From the NCBI GenBank assembly GCA_963702895.1, contig OY969767.1:2016001-2080000 (forward strand): a stretch of 64,000 nucleotides of DNA. The letters are read 5' to 3'. Within the stretch, counting starts at the first letter, position 1. Every line of letters begins with the position of its first letter. The position numbers and the translations under genes are program-made. The stretch comes from an uncultured Elusimicrobia bacterium (GTDB lineage Bacteria; Elusimicrobiota; Elusimicrobia; 2-01-FULL-59-12). Below, in pieces: positions 19,265 to 27,769 of this stretch. The notes beneath the pieces were generated by a model. That model worked only from the letters and a program-made list of their open reading frames with translations, was not told the DNA's origin and ran no database searches.

Positions 19265-20404
19265 TCATGCGTCTGTGCCTTCGTTGTGAGTCCACTCGAG
19301 AAGTCTCCGTTGCAGGTCTTCTTTGGAGGGCAGGTAGAGCTGGTATCGGGAGGCAAAGATATTGGCGTTCTTCGGTAGCGTCAACCGGACAAGCGCTTCC
19401 TTCTTGCGCTTGCAGAGGAGAATTCCGATGGTGGGGTTTTCGCCGGTTGTTCTGACATGACGGTCAAAATGATTGACATACATCTGCATCTGACCCAGGT
19501 CCTGATGCGTGAGCTTATCGAGCTTTAAATCCACGAGGACATAGCAGCGTAGAAGGCGGTTGTAAAAGACCAAGTCCACGAAAAAATGGTCTTCATCAAA
19601 AGTGAACCGCTTTTGCCGGGCCTCGAACAAAAAACCTTTGCCGAGTTCCAGCAGGAAGTGCTGGAGCTTGTCGATGATGGCGGATTCGAGGTCGCTTTCG
19701 GAATAGGAAGGTTTTTCTTCGAGGCCGAGGAATTCGAGAACAAGGGGTTCTTTCATCAAATCTACGGGACGGCTGACTCTGTGTCCTTCCTCTGCGAGCT
19801 TCCTCATACGTGTTTTGTTTCGGCTGAGGGCAAGGCGTTCGTAGAGACCCGAGCCCAGTTGGCGCTTGAATTCGGGGATCGACCAACCGGATTCCGCGGC
19901 CTCGATCTCGTAGAAGCGGCGCTCTTTCTCGTCTTTGATGCCAAGAAGTGTGACGTAATGCGACCATCCCAAGGTGAAGGGATACGTCAGGACCGAGGGG
20001 TCAGACAGCTTCTGACGTATGAGGTCAGATTTCCTAGAAGGCTTCTCGGAAATGGCGGCGGATTTTTCAGAAGGCTTCTGAAGAATTGGTACGCGATCAC
20101 GCCACAGAAGATAGAACTTGCGCATGTGAGATAGGTTATCTTCAGAAAATCCTCGCCCGAATTCCGATGTCAGGCTGGCAGACAAATGAAGGAGTGTTTC
20201 TGCGCCATAGGCCGCTCGGGCAATGCCCGTCTGCTCGTGCTCCACAATGAGACGGCCGATTTCAAAATTGGTGCGAACCTGCAGGATATTGATGCTGCTG
20301 GCAGCAGCCCGGCGCGCGGCTTGCACCAGAGTGCGGACCCGTTCGATCAGTGGCGAAAGACCGCGGTCGACTCCTGCGACTTTGATGGGTCTGCTTAGCT
20401 CCAT
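19265..20404 (-). CDS. DUF1016/YhcG family PD-(D/E)xK nuclease-domain protein, intact
   Basis: FGRGFS..NL, LGWSHY, RRFYEIEA, LEFLGL, FLLELGKGF, VDLVFYNRLLRCYVLVDLK, GQMQMYVN. Confidence 0.92.
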   Translation of the reverse strand: MELSRPIKVAGVDRGLSPLIERVRTLVQAARRAAASSINILQVRTNFEIGRLIVEHEQTGIARAAYGAETLLHLSASLTSEFGRGFSEDNLSHMRKFYLLWRDRVPILQKPSEKSAAISEKPSRKSDLIRQKLSDPSVLTYPFTLGWSHYVTLLGIKDEKERRFYEIEAAESGWSIPEFKRQLGSGLYERLALSRNKTRMRKLAEEGHRVSRPVDLMKEPLVLEFLGLEEKPSYSESDLESAIIDKLQHFLLELGKGFLFEARQKRFTFDEDHFFVDLVFYNRLLRCYVLVDLKLDKLTHQDLGQMQMYVNHFDRHVRTTGENPTIGILLCKRKKEALVRLTLPKNANIFASRYQLYLPSKEDLQRRLLEWTHNEGTDA

Positions 20405-20652
20405 ATCCCTTAGATGTAAATCTCGGGAGAATATTCACATTAATTTTTTCTCCGTCGGGGGAGCACATGCCGGGTGTTTGGCGAGGTTGAGGGGGTGGCC
20501 CCCTCTCCGCCACTACACCTTGGCGGATTCGCTAAAGCCTCAGTGGCGCAAAGGAGCACCGGAGCGCGCAGACTACCTCTCGGGCTCCGGCTTCAGCACG
20601 AGAAGCCGAAGGCAACCGGAGTGGGGCGGCTCTCCAACACCCATGATAGAGC

Positions 20653-20698
20653 AAAAGCCGGCATATTCTCAAAAGAGGATATGCCGGCTTTCCTTTTT
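20653..20698. terminator. Bidirectional-looking terminator hairpin directly 3' of a tmRNA-end copy (also at 22204-22249 and 23621-23666)
   Basis: AAAAGCCGGCATATTCTC-AAAA-GAGGATATGCCGGCTTT-CCTTTTT. Confidence 0.7.
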
Positions 20699-20942
20699 GT
20701 CGGGTGGTGGAGCTGCCTGTCCCCCGTAGCCTGCTGGCGTCGTGTGCCAGCGCCCAGGCGAAGGGGGGCGGCAGCGACCCCCTGTCGGGTGGTGGAGCTG
20801 CCTGCCCCACGAAGCGCGCTAGCGTTGAAGGGGGGGCAGCCGCAAGCGAGTGCCGGGCGGTTCATCGGCCGGACATTTCTGAAAATTCTCCTTCAAAGAT
20901 TCAACATTTTGCTCGAAGATTTAGCAGCTGGCAGGAGAAATC

Positions 20943-21163
20943 GAGCAGCTTCCTCGAAAAGTGAGCAGGTTGGCCTTCCAAAACGAGCAGCTTCAACTGT
21001 AAAAGTGAGCAGCTTCCTCGAAAAGTGAGCAGCTTGGCCTTCCAAAACGAGCAGCTTCAACTGCAAAAGTGAGCAGCTTCCTCGAAAAGTGAGCAGCTTG
21101 GCCTTCCAGAACGAGCAGCTTCAACTGTAAAAGTGAGCAGCTTCCTCAAAAAGTGAGCAGCTT
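20943..21163. repeat. Tandem 64-bp array (about 3.4 units), each unit made of three GAGCAGCTT-led subunits of 20/22/22 bp
   Basis: Unit starts at 20943, 21007, 21071 and 21135. Confidence 0.92.
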
Positions 21164-21955
21164 TTGCCGGGCCTCGAACAAAAAACCTTTGCCGAGTTCC
21201 AGCAGGAAGTGCTGGAGCTTGTCGATGATGGCGGATTCGAGGTCGCTTTCGGAATAGGAAGGTTTTTCTTCGAGGCCGAGGAATTCGAGAACAAGGGGTT
21301 CTTTCATCAAATCTACGGGACGGCTGACTCTGTGTCCTTCCTCTGCGAGCTTCCTCATACGTGTTTTGTTTCGGCTGAGGGCAAGGCGTTCGTAGAGACC
21401 CGAGCCCAGTTGGCGCTTGAATTCGGGGATCGACCAACCGGATTCCGCGGCCTCGATCTCGTAGAAGCGGCGCTCTTTCTCGTCTTTGATGCCAAGAAGT
21501 GTGACGTAATGCGACCATCCCAAGGTGAAGGGATACGTCAGGACCGAGGGGTCAGACAGCTTCTGACGTATGAGGTCAGATTTCCTAGAAGGCTTCTCGG
21601 AAATGGCGGCGGATTTTTCAGAAGGCTTCTGAAGAATTGGTACGCGATCACGCCACAGAAGATAGAACTTGCGCATGTGAGATAGGTTATCTTCAGAAAA
21701 TCCTCGCCCGAATTCCGATGTCAGGCTGGCAGACAAATGAAGGAGTGTTTCTGCGCCATAGGCCGCTCGGGCAATGCCCGTCTGCTCGTGCTCCACAATG
21801 AGACGGCCGATTTCAAAATTGGTGCGAACCTGCAGGATATTGATGCTGCTGGCAGCAGCCCGGCGCGCGGCTTGCACCAGAGTGCGGACCCGTTCGATCA
21901 GTGGCGAAAGACCGCGGTCGACTCCTGCGACTTTGATGGGTCTGCTTAGCTCCAT
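21146..21955 (-). pseudogene. C-terminally truncated DUF1016 copy 2
   Basis: Identical to copy 1 up to EARQK, then reads into the array (LLTF*); the nuclease catalytic motif is lost. Confidence 0.85.
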
Positions 21956-22493
21956 ATCCCTTAGATGTAAATCTCGGGAGAATATTCACATTAATTTTTT
22001 CTCCGTCGGGGGAGCACATGCCGGGTGTTTGGCGAGGTTGAGGGGGTGGCCCCCTCTCCGCCACTACACCTTGGCGGATTCGCTAAAGCCTCAGTGGCGC
22101 AAAGGAGCACCGGAGCGCGCAGACTACCTCTCGGGCTCCGGCTTCAGCACGAGAAGCCGAAGGCAACCGGAGTGGGGCGGCTCTCCAACACCCATGATAG
22201 AGCAAAAGCCGGCATATTCTCAAAAGAGGATATGCCGGCTTTCCTTTTTGTCGGGTGGTGGAGCTGCCTGTCCCCCGTAGCCTGCTGGCGTCGTGTGCCA
22301 GCGCCCAGGCGAAGGGGGGCGGCAGCGACCCCCTGTCGGGTGGTGGAGCTGCCTGCCCCACGAAGCGCGCTAGCGTTGAAGGGGGGGCAGCCGCAAGCGA
22401 GTGCCGGGCGGTTCATCGGCCGGGCATTTCTGAAAATTCTCCTTCAAAGATTCAACATTTTGCTCGAAGATTTAGCAGCTGGCAGGAGAAATC

Positions 22494-22714
22494 GAGCAGC
22501 TTCCTCGAAAAGTGAGCAGGTTGGCCTTCCAAAACGAGCAGCTTCAACTGTAAAAGTGAGCAGCTTCCTCGAAAAGTGAGCAGCTTGGCCTTCCAAAACG
22601 AGCAGCTTCAACTGCAAAAGTGAGCAGCTTCCTCGAAAAGTGAGCAGCTTGGCCTTCCAGAACGAGCAGCTTCAACTGTAAAAGTGAGCAGCTTCCTCAA
22701 AAAGTGAGCAGCTT
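22494..22714. repeat. Second copy of the 64-bp array
   Basis: Same sequence as 20943-21163, shifted by 1551 bp. Confidence 0.92.
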
Positions 22715-23506
22715 TTGCCGGGCCTCGAACAAAAAGCCTTTGCCGAGTTCCAGCAGGAAGTGCTGGAGCTTGTCGATGATGGCGGATTCGAGGTCGCTTT
22801 CGGAATAGGAAGGTTTTTCTTCGAGGCCGAGGAATTCGAGAACAAGGGGTTCTTTCATCAAATCTACGGGACGGCTGACTCGGTGTCCTTCCTCTGCGAG
22901 CTTCCTCATACGTGTTTTGTTTCGGCTGAGGGCAAGGCGTTCGTAGAGACCCGAGCTCAGTTGGCGCTTGAATTCGGGGATCGACCAATCAGATTCCGCG
23001 GCCTCGATCTCGTAGAAGCGGCGCTCTTTTTCGTCTTCGATGCCAAGAAGCGTGACGTAATGCGACCATCCCAAGGTGAAGGGATACGACAGGACCGATG
23101 GGTCAGACGGCTTCTGACGAATGAGGTCAGATTTCCTAGAAGGCTTCTCGGAAATGGCGGCGGATTTTTCAGAAGGCTTCTGAAGAATTGGTACGCGATC
23201 CCGCCACAAAAGATAGAACTTGCGCATATGGGACAGGTTTACCGCGGAGAATCCCCTCCCGAACTCCGCTGTCAGGCTGGCAGACAAATGAAGGAGTGTT
23301 TCTGCGCCATAGGCCGCTCGGGCAATGCCCGTCTGCTCGTTCTCCACAATGAGACGGCCGATTTCAAAATTGGTGCGAACCTGCAGGAGATTGATGCTGC
23401 TGGCAGCAGCCCGGCGCGCGGCTTGCACCAGAGTGCGAACCCGTTCGATCAGTGGCGAAAGACCGCGGTCGACTCCTGCGACTTTGATGGGTCTGCTTAG
23501 CTCCAT
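22697..23506 (-). pseudogene. C-terminally truncated, slightly diverged DUF1016 copy 3
   Basis: Same truncation (RQKLLTF*) with substitutions such as SAVN for SEDN, IED for IKD and SDW for SGW. Confidence 0.85.
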
Positions 23507-23794
23507 ATCCCTTAGATGCAAAACTCGGGAGAATATTCACATTAATTTTTTCTCCGTCGGGGGAGCACATGCCGGGTGTTTGGCGGGGTTGAGGGGGTGT
23601 CCCCCTCTCCGCGATAGAGCAAAAGCCGGCATATTCTCGTATGAGGATATGCCGGCTTTTCTTTTTGTCGGGTGGTGGAGCTGCCTGTCCCTCAACGCGC
23701 GACGAGCGCGATCGAGATACAACAGCCGTGAAACGAGAGCGTGGAGAGGCGGAATCTCCTGTTTTCGAGAGGGAACGTTACCGAGTGCCTCGAC

Positions 23795-24166
23795 TCATTC
23801 GCCGAGTACGGATGCAGGACAACGATAGACCGTACCTGTTAGTGTGACATTCGTTTGTGACGAATGTCCCGTACCTTCATTGACAGAGCCCGTTTGTCCA
23901 GCACGGTTGGTGAGCAGGACGATGACATTCCCACCCATTTCGGTTGCTTTATTTTTAAGACGATTACGAGCACCAGTTTCTAAATTAGCATTGCTCGTCC
24001 AGGGCCCTGTGAAGAAATTCCCCTGGTTGCCAGTGGCTTCGCCAAGATACTTGCATCCCTTAGGTTCTGATTGCAGAAAACGCACCGTCTGCGCTTCTGG
24101 TTTCAAGGGAACCGCTGCACATCCAGAAAGAACCGCGATCACCGACAGAATTAGGAATGCCCTCAT
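23795..24166 (-). CDS. DUF4156-like lipoprotein
   Basis: Lipobox LSGC; GCKYLG, ARNRLKNKATEMGGN and C-terminal YRC; AGGAGG ribosome-binding site. Confidence 0.8.
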   Translation of the reverse strand: MRAFLILSVIAVLSGCAAVPLKPEAQTVRFLQSEPKGCKYLGEATGNQGNFFTGPWTSNANLETGARNRLKNKATEMGGNVIVLLTNRAGQTGSVNEGTGHSSQTNVTLTGTVYRCPASVLGE

Positions 24167-24360
24167 AAAAATCCTCCTTAGGACTTGAACCTGTAAACTT
24201 CAGCTCCGCATACGAATCAGTGCGACGTTAGCAAACTTATGAACTACGGTCTAGATGTAAGTCAAAGCCACACATGTGCCCGGCAGGCCCTCGCCTTCGG
24301 ATTCGTCACTGAAAAGAAGAAGCCCCGTGTGTGCCCGCGCCCGCCACTACAACGCGGCGG

Positions 24361-24443
24361 GCGTCCGCCCCGAGCACGCTTCGCGTGTAGGGGCAGCCCT
24401 AACAGCTCGCTTCAGCGAGCTGTCCGGGCGCCAACGCTGGAGT
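24361..24443. repeat. 83-bp palindromic direct repeat, copy 1 (copy 2 at 26331-26413)
   Basis: GCGTCCGCCCCGA..ACGCTTCGCGTGTAGGGGCAGCCCTAACAGCTCGCTTCAGCGAGCTGTCCGGGCGCCAACGCTGGAGT at both sites. Confidence 0.9.
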
Positions 24444-24595
24444 CCTTGGTTAGACGATTTTAGAACTTGCCTAGTCCGTGGGCCTCCGATGGCCATTGCA
24501 GAGAAAGCTTTTCCTGGAGCGACGCTTGTTGAAACAGATTAAAGCGTGCTATTGAGAGCGGGTGGGAAGAAATCCATTAGAACACCGATCTTTAA

Positions 24596-25852
24596 TCATT
24601 CAACCGTCACAACCTTCCACAACAGTTCCTGCCCCTTCATCGCGCCGTAAGCCAACGTCTTGCCATCCGGGCTAAAAGTGAGGCTTCCCACCCAATCAAA
24701 GGGCGCAAGTTTTCTTTCATTCACCACCACATGATGTTGTCCCGTCTTCTTATCTTCAGCTATGTAGGCAAGCTGCTTGCCATCCGAGCTATAAACGAGG
24801 TCCCTCGTGGCGTCGCATTCCTTCCCTTCTTTGCCGTTTGCAACAACAACAACTCTTCCTTTCCGCTTCGCCGCATAGGCGATCTCTTTGCTGTCCGGAC
24901 TAAAAACGTAGGATGCCAAATAATTATCATAGGTTTCCAATATCATATCGTCGACAACAAGACAGGGTTTTGCCTTCATCACGAGGTATGCGATGCGTTT
25001 CCCGTCGGGAGAGAAAAGAGGGTGGAAAACATTTGTAAAACTCTTCCCGGGCCTCCCATCGCGCACCATGAAACATTCGCCTTTGGCTCTGCAGGCCGGA
25101 TAGGCCACGTGTTGACCATCGGGACTGAAGCCAATGAAGGAGACGTCATAAAAAGCCTCTCCTCTCTGATTATTGATCACAGCAAACCAGAGTCCTTTCT
25201 CCTTTGCTGTATACGCTGTTGTCCTGCCGTCCGGACTGAACCGATAGCCTTTAACGGCGTCGAACCCTCCGCTTCGTTTCCCGTCCAATACGAGAAACCA
25301 GCGCGGGCCCTTTTTGGCTGGATATGCCAAACGGGTGCCGTCCGGACTGAAAAAGGGGTCACCTACTTCATCGAAAGCTTCTTGCGGTTTCTCATTAACA
25401 ACGACGAACCAATGACGACCCTTCCTGGCCGTATAAGCCAGTCTCGTGCCATCCGGACTGAAAATGGGGTCACCTACTTCATCGAAAGCTTCTTGCGGTT
25501 TCTCATTAACAACGACGAACCGATGACGACCCTTCCTGGCCGTATAAGCCAGTCTCGTGCCATCCGGGCTGAACACGGTGCCGTGTCCAGCCTTCACGAA
25601 ACCGCCCTTCCGCTCACCAATAAAGACGATCTGGTTATCAAGGGCATCCCATCCGCGCCTCCAGGCCTCCGATGCATGGCATGCCACGTGTTTCCCATCA
25701 GGAGTAAATACTGGCCAAAGAGCGACATAGTCGGACGGGATAGTAGCCAAGAGCCTCTCCTGATATAGACTTTCTTCAAGCCCAAACACTCCCGAGCAAG
25801 AGACAAAGATCAGGGCCGACGTAAGCAATGTGCTTTTCATTGGTATCCTCAT
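24596..25852 (-). CDS. Secreted TolB/PD40-like beta-propeller protein
   Basis: Signal peptide; about nine FSPDG..LAY repeats at ~37-aa spacing, two of them nearly identical. Confidence 0.85.
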   Translation of the reverse strand: MRIPMKSTLLTSALIFVSCSGVFGLEESLYQERLLATIPSDYVALWPVFTPDGKHVACHASEAWRRGWDALDNQIVFIGERKGGFVKAGHGTVFSPDGTRLAYTARKGRHRFVVVNEKPQEAFDEVGDPIFSPDGTRLAYTARKGRHWFVVVNEKPQEAFDEVGDPFFSPDGTRLAYPAKKGPRWFLVLDGKRSGGFDAVKGYRFSPDGRTTAYTAKEKGLWFAVINNQRGEAFYDVSFIGFSPDGQHVAYPACRAKGECFMVRDGRPGKSFTNVFHPLFSPDGKRIAYLVMKAKPCLVVDDMILETYDNYLASYVFSPDSKEIAYAAKRKGRVVVVANGKEGKECDATRDLVYSSDGKQLAYIAEDKKTGQHHVVVNERKLAPFDWVGSLTFSPDGKTLAYGAMKGQELLWKVVTVE

Positions 25853-25889
25853 TTCGACGTTTGATCCATCAAGCGACTTTCAATTACCC

Positions 25890-26156
25890 TTAAAGACGCG
25901 GAAACAAACGATTTTCCAGCCATGAGATAGCATAATAAAGAATGAAAACATTCGTTATATGGCCGAGGGAGAGCAGCGATAGCAGTATTGAATCTGAAAA
26001 ATGGATGGGAATTACAACGAGCAAATAAGGCCATGGCCAAGCAAGAAAGAAAAGACATATGTCTGCCAAAAGGTCTAAGTAGCCCCGCGATAACCATATG
26101 ATCAGTGTCACGAGAGCATACACACAGGTGATGCCAACGGCAAAGATTGATCTCAT
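25890..26156 (-). CDS. Small hydrophobic membrane protein
   Basis: 88 aa, about three hydrophobic segments, AT-rich DNA, same orientation as its neighbours. Confidence 0.5.
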   Translation of the reverse strand: MRSIFAVGITCVYALVTLIIWLSRGYLDLLADICLFFLAWPWPYLLVVIPIHFSDSILLSLLSLGHITNVFILYYAISWLENRLFPRL

Positions 26157-26407
26157 GTCTCAAATCACATTCAGCGAGCCAGTGCTCGCTCGGGGAGTTC
26201 CCTTTACGCCATACTCCAGGTTACGTGTGAGATGGTGAAAGCTGGAGTGGCGGACGGGATTTCCCGCCACTGAGTCTTCGTCCGCCACTACGGCTTAGGC
26301 GGATCCGCCAACGTCTTAGTGGCGGAGAGGGCGTCCGCCCCGACGACGCTTCGCGTGTAGGGGCAGCCCTAACAGCTCGCTTCAGCGAGCTGTCCGGGCG
26401 CCAACGC

Positions 26408-26774
26408 TGGAGTGGCGGACGGGATTTGAAGCGAGTGGCGAATGTGCCCGGCGGGATTTGAACTCGCGACCTTCCGCCAGAAGTCTGGCGGACGCTCTAT
26501 CCTGGGAAATAAGTCACCCCTGTGCCCGGCGGGATTTGAACTCGCGACCTCTTCCTTCGCAGGGAAGCGCTCTATCCAGCTGAGCTACGGGCACAGGGGT
26601 GACTCGAATCAACTTACCGCTGAGCTACGGGCACATTCGCCACTCGATGATCCGCGACCTGTCGCCAGATCCGACACACTTCAGTCGGACCCGCCTGCTT
26701 TGTGGCGGGCGTCTGGCGACCGCTCTATCCAGCTGCCTGCCCGCCAACGTCGTAGTGGCGGGAGCTACGGGCAC
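26408..26774 (-). pseudogene. Two interrupted tRNA-Arg-derived copies (26443-26634 and 26408-26774) surrounding the intact tRNA
   Basis: The segments GGGATTTGAA, CGCGACCT, CGCTCTATCC and AGCTACGGGCAC each occur three times in nested order. Confidence 0.8.
26521..26594 (-). tRNA. tRNA-Arg, anticodon GCG (CCA not encoded)
   Basis: GTGCCCGTAGCTCAGCTGGATAGAGCG-CTTCC-CTGCGAA-GGAAG-AGGTC-GCGAG-TTCAAAT-CCCGC-CGGGCAC-A folds as a cloverleaf with one T-stem mismatch. Confidence 0.9.
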
Positions 26775-26798
26775 ACTAACCGCAAATCTTCTATTGAC

Positions 26799-26875
26799 GT
26801 CACCCCGGCATGTCGTAAGCCGGGGTCTATCATGTTTCGACGGAAATGATGGATCCCGGCGTCCGCCGGGATGAC
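26799..26875. repeat. GTCA...TGAC-bounded REP-like palindromic element; family members also at 29846-29912, 31322-31482, 42504-42638, 43258-43392, 44012-44146 and 44766-44845
   Basis: Paired inverted units GTCA(T/C)CCC(C)GG...CCGGG..TC and GGAT(T/C)CCGG...CCGG(G/A)ATGAC in intergenic gaps. Confidence 0.8.
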
Positions 26876-26983
26876 GGCACAGAAATGTCCACTAACCTCA
26901 GACGACAAAACCGGCCAACAGAAGATTCTTGGTCAGCCAGGAATCGGGTGCATTGTATCAAACGGTAAGGATTTGCATTGTGC

Positions 26984-27073
26984 GTGATTAAGTGATTGGG
27001 TGATTAGGTGATTCAGGGATGCAATGCCGTAGGCTACTCCCCTAATTACTCAATCACTTAATCACCTAATCAC
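26984..27073. repeat. Inverted pair of 8-bp tandem microsatellites
   Basis: (GTGATTRR)x4, a spacer, then (YYAATCAC)x4. Confidence 0.85.
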
Positions 27074-27079
27074 GCCCAA

Positions 27080-27769
27080 CTAAGAAAGCAGGCCGCGCGC
27101 CGTAAGGCCCAAGAGGACCACGGCCATGTTGCCAATGATGAGATGCACCCAAGTGCGTTCTTGGGATCTGTAGAAGGATAAGTAGGCGATCCAACCCAAC
27201 CAACCGAAGGCGAGCAGAAAAAGTGGCCCCGGCAAGAGAAAGAGACTGGCGCCGATGAGGCGCTCGCCGATAAAACGATATTTTTTGTCCCCCATCATCT
27301 CCGAACGACCCCAGAGATCGCTCTCAATAAAATAGATCAGGACCGACACAAAATGTGAAAGGACCACGACGCAAAGCACAGGAAAGATCCACATCGAGAC
27401 CGCCGTCTCGTTGGTCGTGGGCGAGAGCGCCAGGATCATGACGATATGCACCACCTGGTCCCAGAGAAAAAACCCGGTGCTGTCGGGGCTTCCCGTCTCC
27501 TGAATGGACCAGACCCGCCACTCGTCCTCAAGCCAGTGGAAGAGCGTGATCACGGCGATACAAACCCAGCCATTCATCCGGAGGAGCGGCGCGTCCACCC
27601 AGGTTTGTCCGAGATAGGGCCAGCAAAGCGCGTAAGAAACAAGGGGGTGCGTGAGAGTGTGGATCAGCATGCCCAGCCGGCTTTCGCGCTTCCAAGAGGC
27701 GACCTTATTGGTTTGAAGCGTGAAATCAGCCACAAAATGCGCCAGGATGAGGCGCCAGAAGATTTCCAT
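27080..27769 (-). CDS. DUF3307-like membrane protein
   Basis: LAHFVADFTLQT, FLWDQVVH and ER motifs; multiple TM helices. Confidence 0.75.
   Translation of the reverse strand: MEIFWRLILAHFVADFTLQTNKVASWKRESRLGMLIHTLTHPLVSYALCWPYLGQTWVDAPLLRMNGWVCIAVITLFHWLEDEWRVWSIQETGSPDSTGFFLWDQVVHIVMILALSPTTNETAVSMWIFPVLCVVVLSHFVSVLIYFIESDLWGRSEMMGDKKYRFIGERLIGASLFLLPGPLFLLAFGWLGWIAYLSFYRSQERTWVHLIIGNMAVVLLGLTARGLLS

Larger units (their letters stand above)
19037..23685 (-). repeat. Seven inverted copies of the tmRNA 3'-terminal 13 nt, each fused to a GC hairpin
   Basis: TGGTGGAGCTGCC at 19037, 19115, 20705, 20790, 22256, 22341 and 23673 is the reverse complement of GGCAGCTCCACCA (18963-18975). Confidence 0.9.

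Noticed and set aside
20943..22714. CRISPR array
   Set aside because: The conserved core is only about 9 bp, the intervening sequences themselves repeat every 64 bp, and there are no cas genes.
18975..26521. Prophage, ICE or classical integron at tmRNA
   Set aside because: No integrase, phage or conjugation genes; the tmRNA fragments are inverted; no clear attC GTTRRRY/RYYYAAC boxes were seen.
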